This document shows positions 22,034 through 38,984 of a stretch of 64,000 bases of DNA, piece after piece. Within the stretch, counting starts at the first letter, position 1. Each line of letters starts with the position of its first letter. Source of the stretch: the human T2T-CHM13v2.0 reference genome, Homo sapiens; assembly GCF_009914755.1 (NCBI RefSeq), contig NC_060928.1. One strand, written 5' to 3'. The notes beneath the pieces are model-generated. The model worked only from the letters and a program-made list of their open reading frames with translations, ran no database searches and was not told the origin of the DNA. The position numbers and the translations under genes were made by a program.

Positions 22034-23812
22034 TATTAGATACTACTATTATCAAAGCCTGCTTGTTAAATACTAATGTCATTTCTAGGGTCTATAAACA
22101 ACATTTTCACTACACTGAATACTTTGTAAGATGTTTATTTTGGGATCTGTTTTATTAAAAAGGAATTCCTTTGACACCTTACAGTAATCATTTCCTTGTT
22201 TGAACTGGGCCACTTAGTTTATCACAATCATAGTGGTCTAAAAGTCTAGTATAAAGTATTAAAAGAAAGATCTTGAATTTTACCTAAATATGCGAACTAC
22301 ATGCATGAACCTTAACAGGGGCCTATATTACTCATTATTTTTATTTGAGAATGTCAGAGAAGTGACAGGGTTGTACTTAAGATAACAATGCCTACTAAAA
22401 AATTAATTTATCAATAATTTGTTGCCAAGTATCAAAGTATGGAATATTTCACACTGGATGTTTGAAACCAAACGAAAAGCACAAAGCTGAATTTACTACT
22501 TACTGAAGGGATAGCTATGCCATCCAGGCACGGTCCCTCTGAATAGAGCACATTGCTGAGCTTACATAGAGTTTAGGGGGTAGCATGGGATTCAGGGATT
22601 GGCAGACTTTCAGAGGCTTATTAACATAGTTACTGACATTAGATTACTACTAGCTACATTACTGGGAAGTTACCTAATCTCTCTGTGTCTCAATGTCTTT
22701 ATTTTTAAAAGAACACAGCATGGCTGTGTTCCAATAAAACTTTGTTTACAAAAACAGGCAGCAAGCTTGGTTTAGCCTACAGGCAGTAGGTAATCAGTTT
22801 CCTTCTGGTTCAAAATTACAGTAGCACATTTTGCTATTTAAAATTATAGAAGCTGTTGCCTTGCTTTTGAGAGATATCTGTCAGCCATACGCGACACAAG
22901 GCACATAAACTGGCGGTTAGCAGCAGACACTTTAGAGCTAGACAGTTTTGGGATTCTGTGTTAATTGTGCAGCCTCGGGCAAGTTACTTAAAATTACTCT
23001 GAGCCTCAGCTCTAAGGTTGTTGTGATGGGTAAGTGAAGTAATTTATATAAAGTATTTAGCTCTGTATCTAGTACATAGTAAGATTCAATAAACAGATGT
23101 TATTACTTTTATAAATTATGTGATCCTGAGTCCTTGGTCAGGAACACAGTCCTGCAATCAACATTTTTTCCAGCAAAGAAATAAAATATGCTTTATAATG
23201 CTCTACATGAGATTGCAATTATTAGGAACCCACTATAGAAAAGATGGTAATACCCTAAGTCATCTTTTTTTTTTTAATGACAACAGCAAGCATTAATTGG
23301 GTGCTTCTATCTACTTATTAGTTGTATATTCATTGTATGATATTGGTTAAGTTACATAACGTTTCATTAGCTTTAGTTTCCTCATCTGTAAAAATGAGGA
23401 AAATAATAGTATCAACCTCATAGGATTGCTATAAAACTTAAATGAGTTAACAAACTGGCACATAACAGATATATATATATATATAATTGTCATCATGAGT
23501 TAAATACTTACATGTATTCATTTCAATCCTTGGGATAACTCAAAGAGGTAAAATTCCTATTTTTTTGCAGTTTTGGATAATGAGGCCCAGAGAAGTTAAG
23601 ACACCTAACCAAGGTCTCATAGCTATGAAGTGCAATGTCGAGGATTCAATAGAGACTTGCCTGACTACAAAGCCCAAGCTCTTATCACTAGGCCAAAGAC
23701 AGAATTAATGTTATCTCTGTATGGAGGTGCCTATGTGTAAATGACAATGAGAACCAAAATAGTGGTATTAATAATATTCTCCCTATACAGGAAATGTTTC
23801 AGGAATTTTTAA

Positions 23813-24139
<327 letters not shown>

Positions 24140-24548
24140 TAAGTGTAGGAGAAGCCATACAAATCACTGATCTTAAAATGATTGGATTCCCATAGGTAAA
24201 ATTTTTGCTGAAATTATTCCCTTTTGTTTTCCATATCTAATTAATTTAATTCAAACTTTCATTATTAAAGTTAAGCAATCCTCTGCATTAAAATAACTAA
24301 AGATCCAACGTAGTGACTTATCTTTTATATATAAAGTATGCTGCAATATTGGCATTCATCTCTACTACTAATCTTTGAGGTCTATTTCAGACTTCTCAGA
24401 CTATTTTTACAAAGAACCACACTTCTGCTACTTTATTCTATAAATTCCCAAATATTGGTTTAGAACCTTGAACTTTGAAAAACATTTCAACTTTAAATGA
24501 AAATATTAATATCAAAGGAAAAAAAGATCTCAAGGAAAAAGACATTAC

Positions 24549-24660
24549 TTGATGGACAGATTCATTCACAAGTTTGTTTAGCATCACTTGATCCACCTCA
24601 TACTCTCCCAGCCTTGGGAATGCTACTAGTAACTGATCCAGAACAGAACTTGGTTTTACA
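24549..24660 (-). pseudogene. Best-preserved exon relic of the nested gene: (T)VKPSSVLDQLLVAFPRLGEYEVDQVMLNKLVNESVHQ
   Basis: tttacAG| acceptor, CAA|GTAATG donor, 37 open codons, phase 2 to 0. Confidence 0.7.
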
Positions 24661-26379
24661 CTGTAAAGCCTTATAGCCCAGCAATCATTATACAAGGAAA
24701 ACAGGGCAAAATTCCAAACGCTTATTCTTATAAGAATAAACTCAGATTTAAAAGTATGTCCGATTCAGAAATTCAAAAAAAGCAAATAAGTTTTAAATGT
24801 TATAAATGAAAATCACAAATTATAATATAATCTACAAAAGCAAACTGTAAATTTCTTGAAAACATACATATCCATCTTTTCAAACTAGCAGTACTAAAAG
24901 TCAAAGTGATCATCAATTAGGATTTAATAAAATTTTATACTCTATGATATACAAGAAATATCATACAACAGATTATGTATATATCATCATCTAGTTTGAA
25001 AGATTAAACACTTAATTTTCTTTAACATTGGGTGTTTTGTTGTGAAAACAAAGAACATCCAAATTTAGAATAAACAAGCCAAATTATCTTTTGGCATTTT
25101 AAATAATATTCTGACATGCTGGATTGTATTAAAGTCCCATTCTCTGCCTCCACTGTATTGCCCATCAAGGCTGGGGGTGGGGAAGAAGAGAGGAGTAGAC
25201 AATACCTGCCTAATGATAATGAATCAATCAAAGGTACCACTTCCAGGTAGAAGTAGCAGCACTATTATTCATATGAAGGTAGTGTATCATAAATATCAAC
25301 TTCTAGCTTTGGAAGAAAAACAGATACTCAGTGCTTCAAAAATAGCCTGTTCTCTTTCCTTTCCGCAATATAACCTGTTTCTCTTTCCTTTCCACAAAAA
25401 ACTAATTTTAAAAATAATCTCTAACATTTTTACTAAAGAAACCTGCCTAGATCATTGAAGCTAGTGGTTTCCTAAACCTTTAGTGGGAACAAGGTCATGA
25501 TGCTCTTTTAATTTAATTTTTCCCCAGAAAAGTATAAATTTTCATTTAATTTCTCCCCAGAAAAGTATAAATATACAGAGTTCACAGACCCTTGGAAGAC
25601 CATTTATGCTCACGCTAACAGATTCAGGTTAAGAGTCAGAGAGATGAAGTAGAAAATTTCCCAAGGTCCCTCCAACCCTCTTCCATAATTCTCTCTCTGA
25701 CTCATAAGAACCAACTAAATCATTCATAACCAAACCAAACAATATACTTTCTTGCATGACCAACCCATTTAAAAAAAAAAGCAGCTGACAGTATCTATAT
25801 AGCAATATCCACCAGAAAATAAATTGTACTGGCAGCATTTTAAAATACAGCATGTGACTAGTAATATCAATGAATATTATAGTTGATTATAGCTTAGAGA
25901 ATGTTTTCACATACAACACCAAATAATCCTCAATTCTGGTAAAATAGAAGTACGTATTATTTTTATCCCCCTTCCACAGCTAAGGAAAGAGGTTTAGAAA
26001 ATTACTTGCCATGCTCACACAGCCAATAAGTGGAGATCTGGGATTCTAATAGAGAATTGTGTAGTACCAGAAGTGAGCTCAGAACAATATTATAGTCTGG
26101 TGCTTCCATAAAAGCCCCTCAAAACAGAGAAAACAGAATTTTTAAAAATAGACTAATGGGTGACATTTTTATTGCAGACATATCTTGACATGAGTAAACA
26201 AAAATTAATTTATTTAAAATGCTCAACTCCCTCTTGTTTCTTTGGCTAATATAAACCATTTTGTTCAGAAAAAAAAAAAAGACATAGTCAAGTGAATTTT
26301 AGCGACTGAAAACAACATTTTGTTATTTTATGAAACATTTATCCTCCCTCATCTCTTGCTTTTTTTGGGGGTGGGGGGA

Positions 26380-28063
<1,684 letters not shown>

Positions 28064-28649
28064 CTGAGACACCTCTTTTTATATTTAGGCTTACGCAATT
28101 TTGGTATCTTGAAAGCAATTTTTTTAAAAAGTGACGAAATAAATAAAGTGACTAAAAGTTTGAAGTTTGAACTGGGTCAGTTTGACAAATTAAGAAGGGT
28201 GCCAGGAGGAAGTCTGAGGAAAAGCAGCAGCTTAATGCCACCGCCATCTCCAAGCAGCGTTCCAGGCGCCAGCACTGTTAGCAGCAGTCCTCTGCGTACC
28301 CAAGAGTACCGCAGGGCCAGAACACGAGAAAGATGCGCGAAGAGGATTTCCTTCTAGAGAGAGAATAAAGAACACCAAGAGTCCAACAATTACCATCTTG
28401 TATAGGAGAAAAACAATGCAAAGGAAAAAACGTGCAACCAGCAGATAAAATACTTATGTCAACCCAGGTTCTAAGGACCTTTTCCCAAAGTATCCCTCTA
28501 AACTGGTAACATTAGCTTAGGGCAAAGAGTCAAGAAGAAAGTTATGCCATTAACACAGATGAAAATACTGAACGTTTTCTATGAAAAGTCACCCGATTAA
28601 ACACTGCCAAGAGGGAAAAACAGTGCAAGTCCAGTAAAGCACGAGACAC

Positions 28650-29860
28650 GTAGAAAATTCAAGCTATGTAGCCAAATCGCTCTCTCTGAAGAAAACAGCA
28701 AGCCAACTGAACCCAGCACGGAGTGGAAGGCGTAAAGAGCTGTCATCGTGGCGGTAACAACTCCACCGGGCGGCTGAGCGTCTAGAAAGAGGCTGCGGTT
28801 CCTGGTTCCACATCAGGAGGCACTCTCCACAAGGTCTACACCGCCGCTCCCGGGAAGGCACCTCCAGGGCGGCCAGCAAGCCCCCCGAGTGGGGACAGGC
28901 AGTGCCTTCCTCGCCTCGTCCCCGCGCGGCGTGGCCCGGAGGTGGCCCACTCGCCCCGCCCCCGCAGGCCGCGGCTCCAGGGGGCGTCCGGCCGCCCTCC
29001 CGGGGCCCCGAACCCGCGCCAGCCGCACCGCGCCTGCCCTCTTCCTGGACCCCGCGAAGCACCTGCCTGGGCCCCTCTTCGAAAGACTGGGAGGAAGGAG
29101 TCAAGGAGCTGCCGGGGAGGCTGACAGAGCCAGAGGCTGGAGCTCCCCTACGGGAGCCGGGAGCATAACCCTGCTCCTCCCGCCAATGGGGGCGACAAAA
29201 GCCGTGGAAGGTTGCTCAGGGGCTGGATCTCCTGCTGTCCGGGCCCCAAGCCCTCTCAGCTGTGGAGTTTCGGTTGGTGCACGAGGGCTCGAATTTCCTC
29301 CGCACACCGGAGACCCAAGACGGGACGGTGTTGCGACTTGGGGGCTGGGGTGAGGGAGGGCTCGGCGCGAGCGGACGGCACCGCACAAAGGAAGAGGGGA
29401 CTGAGGGGAGACGAGGGGACTGAGGGGAGACGAGCGTCCCGTTACCTCGATCCTCGACCCTGTTCTTCCTGATGTCGCTAAGGTTGCAGCCACGTTACCA
29501 CGCTCCCAGAGCCCCGGCCGCCCTCAGCGGAACCTCACCAACCCCGCGCGAGCACCCGGCGGACGCGCGCTCTCCTGCGCGGCCCCGCGGAGCCCCGGCG
29601 GGCGCTTGGCGTCCTCTCGCCTCAGCCCCCGCGAGCCGCGGCCTCTGGGGGCGGGGCGGGCTGGGCGGGGCTGCGCACGGCACTCTGGGAAGTGTGGTTC
29701 TCGGGACCTCCTCCCCGAGGCCACCCCCACGGCCTCGCCCCCGCGGCTCCCTAGTGGGCGGCCGGGTCTCAGGGACTGGGCAGTGTTGCCCGGCCTGGTG
29801 AAGGCGGACCAGGGCGTGGCGGAGGTCCCCATAGCAAATCTTGAAATAAAACACTGCCTA
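28650..29860. promoter_or_regulatory. KLHL8: CpG island and KLHL8 promoter, probably bidirectional
   Basis: Very GC- and CpG-rich; GC boxes at 29647-29670; ZNF143-like SBS (minus strand ACCACACTTCCCAGAGTGC) at 29680-29698. Confidence 0.9.
29446..29640 (-). other. KLHL8: KLHL8 non-coding exon 1 (5' end approximate)
   Basis: Strong donor GAG|GTAACG after 29446, inside the CpG island and just downstream of the GC boxes on the minus strand. Confidence 0.7.
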
Positions 29861-30143
29861 AATACCTTTGAGCTTATCCATGCTTCACTTCTGCGGCGGT
29901 ACAAAATTTAGTTTCTTTGTATGTCCATCAAATCCCCTTCTGCGGTTGTGAGTGTTCCTGGGATTTATGTCTTTGAAAAAAGAAGGGGAAAAAAAGGTTT
30001 GCATTTATTCCTGTGTCACTTTCACCACGTGCTCTACAAAGGATATACAAAACAACTGTGTTTATAAATACACACCCACAGTTTGTAAACCTAAGGAAGC
30101 AGTTGATTGACCTGAGAGCTCGCTGCTAAAAAGCAGTGCAAGT

Positions 30144-30494
<351 letters not shown>

Positions 30495-30973
30495 TCAATA
30501 AAGTGGAATGTGTGAGGCGGGAGATCAAGAGACAGCAAAAAAACAAAATTTTTTTTAAAGAAAGATATTCCCCTAAATGTGTCTTTTGCCAGACTAACCT
30601 CAAACTTTCACAATCCTAGGAGTCTATTTCAGAATAAATTTAATCCTAGGACCTTTATTAATATTAACACATATGAACATTAGCACATTGATTTTAATAG
30701 AAATGAACATATATATATCTGTATATATATATGCATCTTCTATAAAAACCCCAAAGCAACTATTTGAATTTGAAATTTTATTTCTAGAAAAAAAATCACA
30801 TTTTTTACATTGAAATATAAATAATTCTTAATATTTCAAAATATTCCTCTTTAGAGCATTAGTATTTTGCACATTTAATGCAAATACCTTTAGAAAAATA
30901 GAGTAAGATGAGTTTTAAAGAAGTATGCAGTGAAGAAAAGTCATAAAATGTGTCTGGAACGTGATGTAAAAAT

Positions 30974-31560
30974 TGTTGGGACTCAGAAATCGATACCCCA
31001 AAATATGGTGCTTTGCCGCGCTGAACTGAGGAAGCAGCTTCAAGGTGTCTCTTACCTTCCCCATTACCCCTCCTGCCTCTCAATTCTTTGTCTCTCCCAA
31101 AGCACCAAATGATGTCGTTCTCTGAATTTCCCTTATCTGCCTAGAAACTAGACCTGCCAAAGAGGAACATATTTGCCTTACCTGATTTTTCATTTACTTA
31201 ACTCATATTGGAGGAAGAAAGACTGAAGTCTGTCAACACTCTTGGACAGACTTTTGTCACAAACTATTGTCTGCTGTATGGGCTCAACACACTTTTTCCC
31301 AGGCCATTGTATGTTCCCCATTTTCCCCTAAAAGTCCTTTACTATACCTTAAGTTGCCACATTTCCCCAATCTCCCTTTCCCCCATAAAGAAGAGTATAT
31401 AAACGTCTCTACCCCATTGAGTCATTGGGTAATCATTCTCCTGAAATCTCCCTGTGTTATGCACATTAAAATAAATTTTGTATGTCTTTTTTCCTATTAG
31501 TCTGCCATTTGACAGTTGATTTTTCAGTGAACCTTCCAAGGGAAAAGGGAAAGCTTCCCT
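30974..31560 (+). mobile_element. ERV1-type solo LTR (MER39/MER4-group-like)
   Basis: TGTTGGGACTCAGAAATCGATACCCCAAAATATGG start, TATA and ATTAAAATAAA signals. Confidence 0.6.
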
Positions 31561-31594
31561 GTATTCCCTTTATTAAACATAAAACACAATATGT

Positions 31595-32308
<714 letters not shown>

Positions 32309-32997
32309 CTTTTCTTGTAATAAGGTGCACAGTAACTCCTAAAAATGCTTATAAAAAAGAGCACAACTGCTCTTTTTCTTCTGCTAATTGACATATACAC
32401 AATAAACTATTTGTAGTTACTAACAAATCAAAGAAATATACACAATATTTCAATATTATTATCATCTATTTATCGAAGAACATTTTTTGAGCACCAGACA
32501 CTGAGCTAGGAACTGGGAAATACGCAGTAGACAAAATTGAATAGTCCCTGCTCTCATGGAGACTTAGGATCTAGACTCGGAGACAGAGAATTAAACAGTG
32601 AATAATGAAAAGGTATGCATGGGGTGGCCAGGGGTTTGGGGAGCACCTAAGATACACCTAATCTAGAGCCTTTTATTGGGGCAGAGGAGTCTGGCAAAAA
32701 TTCTGAAAATTAAATGAAATTTTTAAACCAAATAGCTATAAACTGGGGCAAAAAAAATCTTTCCCTAAAAAGTGATATATCTGTAACAATGCTCTCAAAT
32801 AATTACTTAAAAATATATACAGTATCTTACAAAATAAGACATACCTCAACTAAAACAAAACACACATTTCCTAAATCGGACGAAATGTCTTCTTAGTTTT
32901 TACCCATTCCTCCCTAGCTCCATTTGAGAATAAGCAAGACTAGCCTATAATAAGTAAGGATCTAAGAAATTCCTTCCCTTCCCTCAAAGTCCGATAA

Positions 32998-33223
<226 letters not shown>

Positions 33224-35314
33224 TAGCTGGGTTTCGGCCTCCCAAAGTGCTGGGATTACAAGCATGAGCCACCGCGCCGGCCAACATTTGCATTTTAAGT
33301 CTTTATCTTTAATCCTGGGATAAAAGGCTTTATAACCATCAAAAGAATTTCAGATGTGGGCTGGATATGGTGGCTCATTCCCTGGATGACAGAGCCAGAC
33401 AATTTTTCTTTCTCTTAAAGGAGTCGGGGAGCAGGGAAAGAATTTCAGATGTGGCTTGCCGAGGGATTTGGAAAGATTAATGAAGAAGGTTATTTTATCT
33501 TCATTTGCTAGGGAGGCAAAGCTTGCAACCAGAGAGCAGGTCCCAGAAGAGTTGCTAAGGTTCTTTGTCTATGGAAACGTACTTAAAGAGCCTGAACACC
33601 GCCAGCAAGACCACTATCTTCCTGTCCAGGTCAGGGTTACTGGCTTGCAGTTACATTTCATCCCAATCCTTTGACTCCTATCCTGTCACCCTCCTACAAA
33701 ACCAGCCTTTACTGTGGCACTTCAGCTTCCCTCAACAATCATTTCCCGCCTTTTATCCTAAGACACACATGTGGATGGCTATGTTTTCTGACCTTAGGCT
33801 GGTGGCTCAACTTGTGCTGTTTTAATAAATTAATGACAGTTCTTCCATCCACTACCATGCAATCAGCCTGACATAGGTATCTCTAAACCTTTGCTGACCA
33901 TTTTCTGATATATTTCTCTGATATATATTGTTGTTTTGTTTTTGTTTTTATTTTGTTAAAGAGATGGATGGGGTGGAGTTTGGTGGGGTGCGGGGATGGG
34001 GGGATTTTGCTATGTTGCCACGGCTGGTCTTGAACTCCTGGCCTCGAGGGATCCTCCTGCCTTAGCTTCCCGCCTTAGCCTTCGGAGTGGCTGGGATTAC
34101 AAGGCTCAAGTCACAGCACCCAGCATCCCTGAAATATTTAAAGTTCCCAATTTTTCTGTGGGTCTTTGTAATTGCTGTTCCTTCTACCCCTTTGCCTGGT
34201 GAACTCTTTCTAATCATCTAGTATTAACTTAGAAAACTTTTTAATTAGGAAACCTTTCTTGGTTACAGTCCCCCCTCTCCAGTTTTGGGTTACTGCCTCC
34301 TATATATGCTCATCTTACAACTTATTTTTGCCCCTAAAGTAGCACTTAGTGAGCATTTTAAGAAGTTGTCTATATCTTTCATTTGTCTGAAATCTCCTTA
34401 AATAGAAAATAACAGCATAGTACTTGATGTATAGATGCTTAATAAATACTTGGACTATAAATGGATGCATATCAACTTTGCTCAGTAAACAACCATTCGG
34501 TAACTACTTCCTGCCAAGGGCCAGGCAGTAAATATTTTAGGGTTTGGGGCCATAAGGTCTCTGTTGCTTCCTAAAGGACAATAGTCAAGTCTCACTGGTG
34601 GCTCCAAAATATCTATATAAGACAGAATTTGAGTTAAAACTTGGAATGAAAGGAGTAGGGGTGCAGCTCTGGGTTAGAGGACATTACTTGAAGATATCTT
34701 TACAGGCACACAGTTATTGTTTCCACTGAATATCTATTTTAGGTAGTTTGGGGGTGGGTCTGTGGGTGAAGCTAAAACAGAAAGCATCATCCTTGCTATG
34801 ACCACTGCTAGTTCTGTTGGTGCTCTAAATCATTTCTTTTGAAAATTACTAGTGCTGGTGACTTTTGAAATGCGGGTGTTGTTGTTTTTTTGTTTTGTTT
34901 TCATTTTTAGCATTTTATTTTTATTACTCCATCATACCCAAGTCTAATCAGTTTCCATTTCCCATGAACCTGCCTAGATAGGGTTGAATTCTCAGGCTGA
35001 ATATGTGGGGGAACTGTGGAATTCTCTCCGGAGCAATATGAGAAATGACAGAATGAGAGCAATTTGCCTCCATCCCTACCACATTCAAGAACTGTGACTT
35101 TAGTTACCAGAAAAAAACACATTTAGAGAAACTTTGATTTTCAGTAACTATTTTTGAAACATGTGCCACATACTTCTGAGCAAAATTGTATCCATATGTA
35201 TGGTAGAAATTGGCACAGTGAAACAAATGTAATTGTGTTTCCATTGCAATTTGTATTCCAAATGTACGATGTCTGTGAAAAGTACTTCTTTCATTAAGAT
35301 ATAGCTCTATATTA

Positions 35315-35595
35315 GGCCAGGCGCGATGGCTCACGCCTGTAATCCCAGCACTTTGGGAAGCCAAGGTGGGTGGATCAGTTGAGGTCAGGAGTTCAAGACC
35401 AGCCTAGCCAACATGGTGAAACCCTGTCTCTACTAAAAATACAAAAATTAGCCGGGCATGGCGGTGCACGCCTGTAGTCCCAGCTACTTGGGGGCTGAGG
35501 CAGAAGAGTTGCGTGAATCCAGGAGGCGGAGGTTGCAGTGAGCTGAGATCGCGCCACTGCATTCCAGCCTGGGCAACAGAGCAAGACTCTGTCTC
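35315..35595 (+). mobile_element. AluS-like
   Basis: Alu consensus; tail replaced by microsatellite. Confidence 0.9.
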
Positions 35596-36065
35596 TCTCT
35601 CGCTCTCTCTCTCTCTCTATATATATAAATAATATATATATTATTTATATAAATAATATATATTACTTATATAAATAATATATATATTACTTATATATAA
35701 TATATATTATTTATATATAATATATATATTATTTATATATAATATATATTATTTATATATAATATATATTATTTATATATAATATATATTATTTATATAT
35801 AATATATATTATATATATAATATATATTATATATAATATATATTATATATAATATATATTATTTATAAATAATATATATATTATATATAAATAATATATA
35901 TTATATATAAATAATATATATTATATATAAATAATATATAATATATAAATAATATATATATTATATATAAATAATATATATTATATATAAGTAATATATA
36001 TTATATATAAATAATATATAATATATAAATAATATATATTATATATAAATAATATATATTATATT
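35590..36065. repeat. (CT)n followed by about 450 bp AT-only minisatellite (TATATAAATAATA-like units)
   Basis: Seen directly. Confidence 0.95.
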
Positions 36066-36518
36066 TCCTTTCTGATATCATCTTCACATTCTCATAATAG
36101 AGTCAATCTGAAAAGTTTATTTTTTGATATGAAAATAAATGCAACATGGCAGACCCTACTAGCTGCTTAAGCAGCATCTTTTTGCCTTCTTCTTTAGAAG
36201 GAGAACTCCAATATTGTTAGCAGGATGGCTGAAAGCCCAGCTAAAAGTGCAACTATTGCACAGGACTTTGGGGATGGCTGCTTAAAGGAAACTAATCCAG
36301 TTTTAAAGTATCTCTCTCGTTTTTCTTTCTTCCTGGAAGCGATGGCTTGAGTTTTAGTAGCCATCTTGGACCATAGAGTTATTTGACACTGGAGACGGGG
36401 CACCACGGTTCATGCCTGCAATCTCAGCACTTTGGGAGGCCCAGACAAAGGAAGCTTGAGTCCAGGAGTTCGAGACCAGCCTGGAGAACACAGCAAGACT
36501 GTGTCTCTACTAAAATTA

Positions 36519-36698
<180 letters not shown>

Positions 36699-36959
36699 TT
36701 ATTTGTCTTTGGAAGTCATGTATAGGATGCTGGATGAATGACAGAAGGAGCCTGAGTCCCTGATGACCATTAAACCATCATTTTAGTCCAGGATTGCCTC
36801 CCTTTGTGCAATGAAAATAAGCTTTTATCTTGCTTAAGCCACTGTGTCAGGGCTTTTGGTTTTATATAGCCAGACCTAACCCTGATTTAAGAGCATACAG
36901 AGGTGCATGTGTATTACATTACAGTAAATTATGCAACCCTGTATATTCTCTGCCATTTG

Positions 36960-37505
36960 ATATCAGCCTGATCTCCTGATCCCTGAGGAGGGTAGGAGGC
37001 TGGAGTTTGGGTTCAGTCACAGAGCCAGTGATTCAATCAATCATGCCCACATAAATGAAACTCAAAAAAACCCTCTGGATTCCAAAGCTTGGTGGAACTT
37101 CCTGGTTGGTGAACACATTGATGTGTCAGGAGGGCAACACCTCCTGACTCTATGAGGAAAGGACATGGAAGTTCTGCGTGTGGGACCCTCTCAGATCTCA
37201 CCCAATGTTTCTCTTCATTTGGCTGATACTGATTTGTATCTATTAACATTATAACACAGCTGTTATATATATAGTGCTTTCCTGTGTTCTGTGAGTCATT
37301 CTAATGAATTATTGAACCTATGGGGGCCATGGGAACCCCTGAATTTGTAGCCATTGGTTCAGAGGTGACGGTGGTCTGAGGACTCCCAAACTTGCTGCTT
37401 GCATCTGAAGCAAAGACAGTTTTCTCAGGGACTATGCCCTTAACCTGTGGAGTTGGCACTAACTTTGGGTGGTTAATATTGGATTGCATAACCGTATTAT
37501 ACTTG
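36960..37505 (+). mobile_element. MER21-like LTR
   Basis: GATTCAATCAATCATGCC, CTTCCTGGTTGGTGAACAC and GGGAACCCCTGAATTTGTAGCC motifs. Confidence 0.7.
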
Positions 37506-38513
37506 ATTGGTGGCTTCTACCAAAACAGTCTCACTAAAGACCTGGAGGCTTTGGAAGTTCCAGTTGAGAAAAGGATAATATTTGCACTGGAACAAACATG
37601 GCTACTCCCAAATTGCCAAGTGGCCTGCCCAGCCTTTCAGGCTTTCTTTACTTTTTTATCAGCAATTTAAGCCTATTCTTTTACTGGGTCAGTGGAGAAA
37701 GAAGGTACAAAAGTCAGGAGTCATAAAGAGATCAGCAGATGAAAACCACCAACTGAGAGATAAACTAGGGTTGAATAATCAGACAGGGTATGTGAATTTA
37801 CTTCCCTGGACTTTGACCATTTTTCATGGAAACTTAAAGATAATACTTGGAGGTTATATTGCAACCTTTTGTAGATGATGTAATTTCTTCCCCTAAATGG
37901 TTGCTACCAGTCATGAAGCCACAATCTACCACCCATGTACCCATAATCTTTGCACAGATGGTACAGAAAGAAGCTCAAATTCTCAGCTTCTCTGGCTAAG
38001 TGATTCCCCTTGGGAGTTTAAAAGCCAACATTGAACATGGAAATTACACTAAAAAAATTATAATTGCATTTCTTTTTCAAAGAAGCAGAACCAGAAGAAA
38101 AACTTTTAGCCTGTTTCCTCACAGGTGAAACTAGACTATTAGAATAAAATAGCCTGTTGTTCAGCCTATTTGGAAGGTTTCAGTTGCTCCTTTTATCATC
38201 GGCTAAGACTTGAATTATAGAAGGCCAGAGGGTAATTAGATATATGCCTACTTGGTAGAGGTACTACACAGAGACTCTGCCTTTATGCTTGCAACTGTTG
38301 AATAGAAAACAGATGAGGCTAAGCAGACCACAGGACAGATGACATGTGATCACCTCTGCAGCATGGACATTGACCAGCAGCCATTTACACATCAGCCCGA
38401 ATTTTTGAAACCTCCCTCAGAACATGGTCCTCAAATCTGGAATATCTTTTTCCTTTTTTTTTTTTTTTTGGTGGGGGGGGGTGCAGGGAACAGGGTCTCA
38501 CTCTGTCACCTAG

Positions 38514-38648
<135 letters not shown>

Positions 38649-38705
38649 TAGAGATGGGTTTCGCCATGTTGGCCAGGCTGGTGTCGGACTCCTAACCTCA
38701 ATTGA

Positions 38706-38984
<279 letters not shown>

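Noticed and set aside
28664-29472. Many overlapping Pro/Gly/Arg-rich ORFs, including a GPPPG resembling a P-loop
   Set aside because: Expected in a CpG island where stops are rare; no GK[ST] and no supporting splice sites
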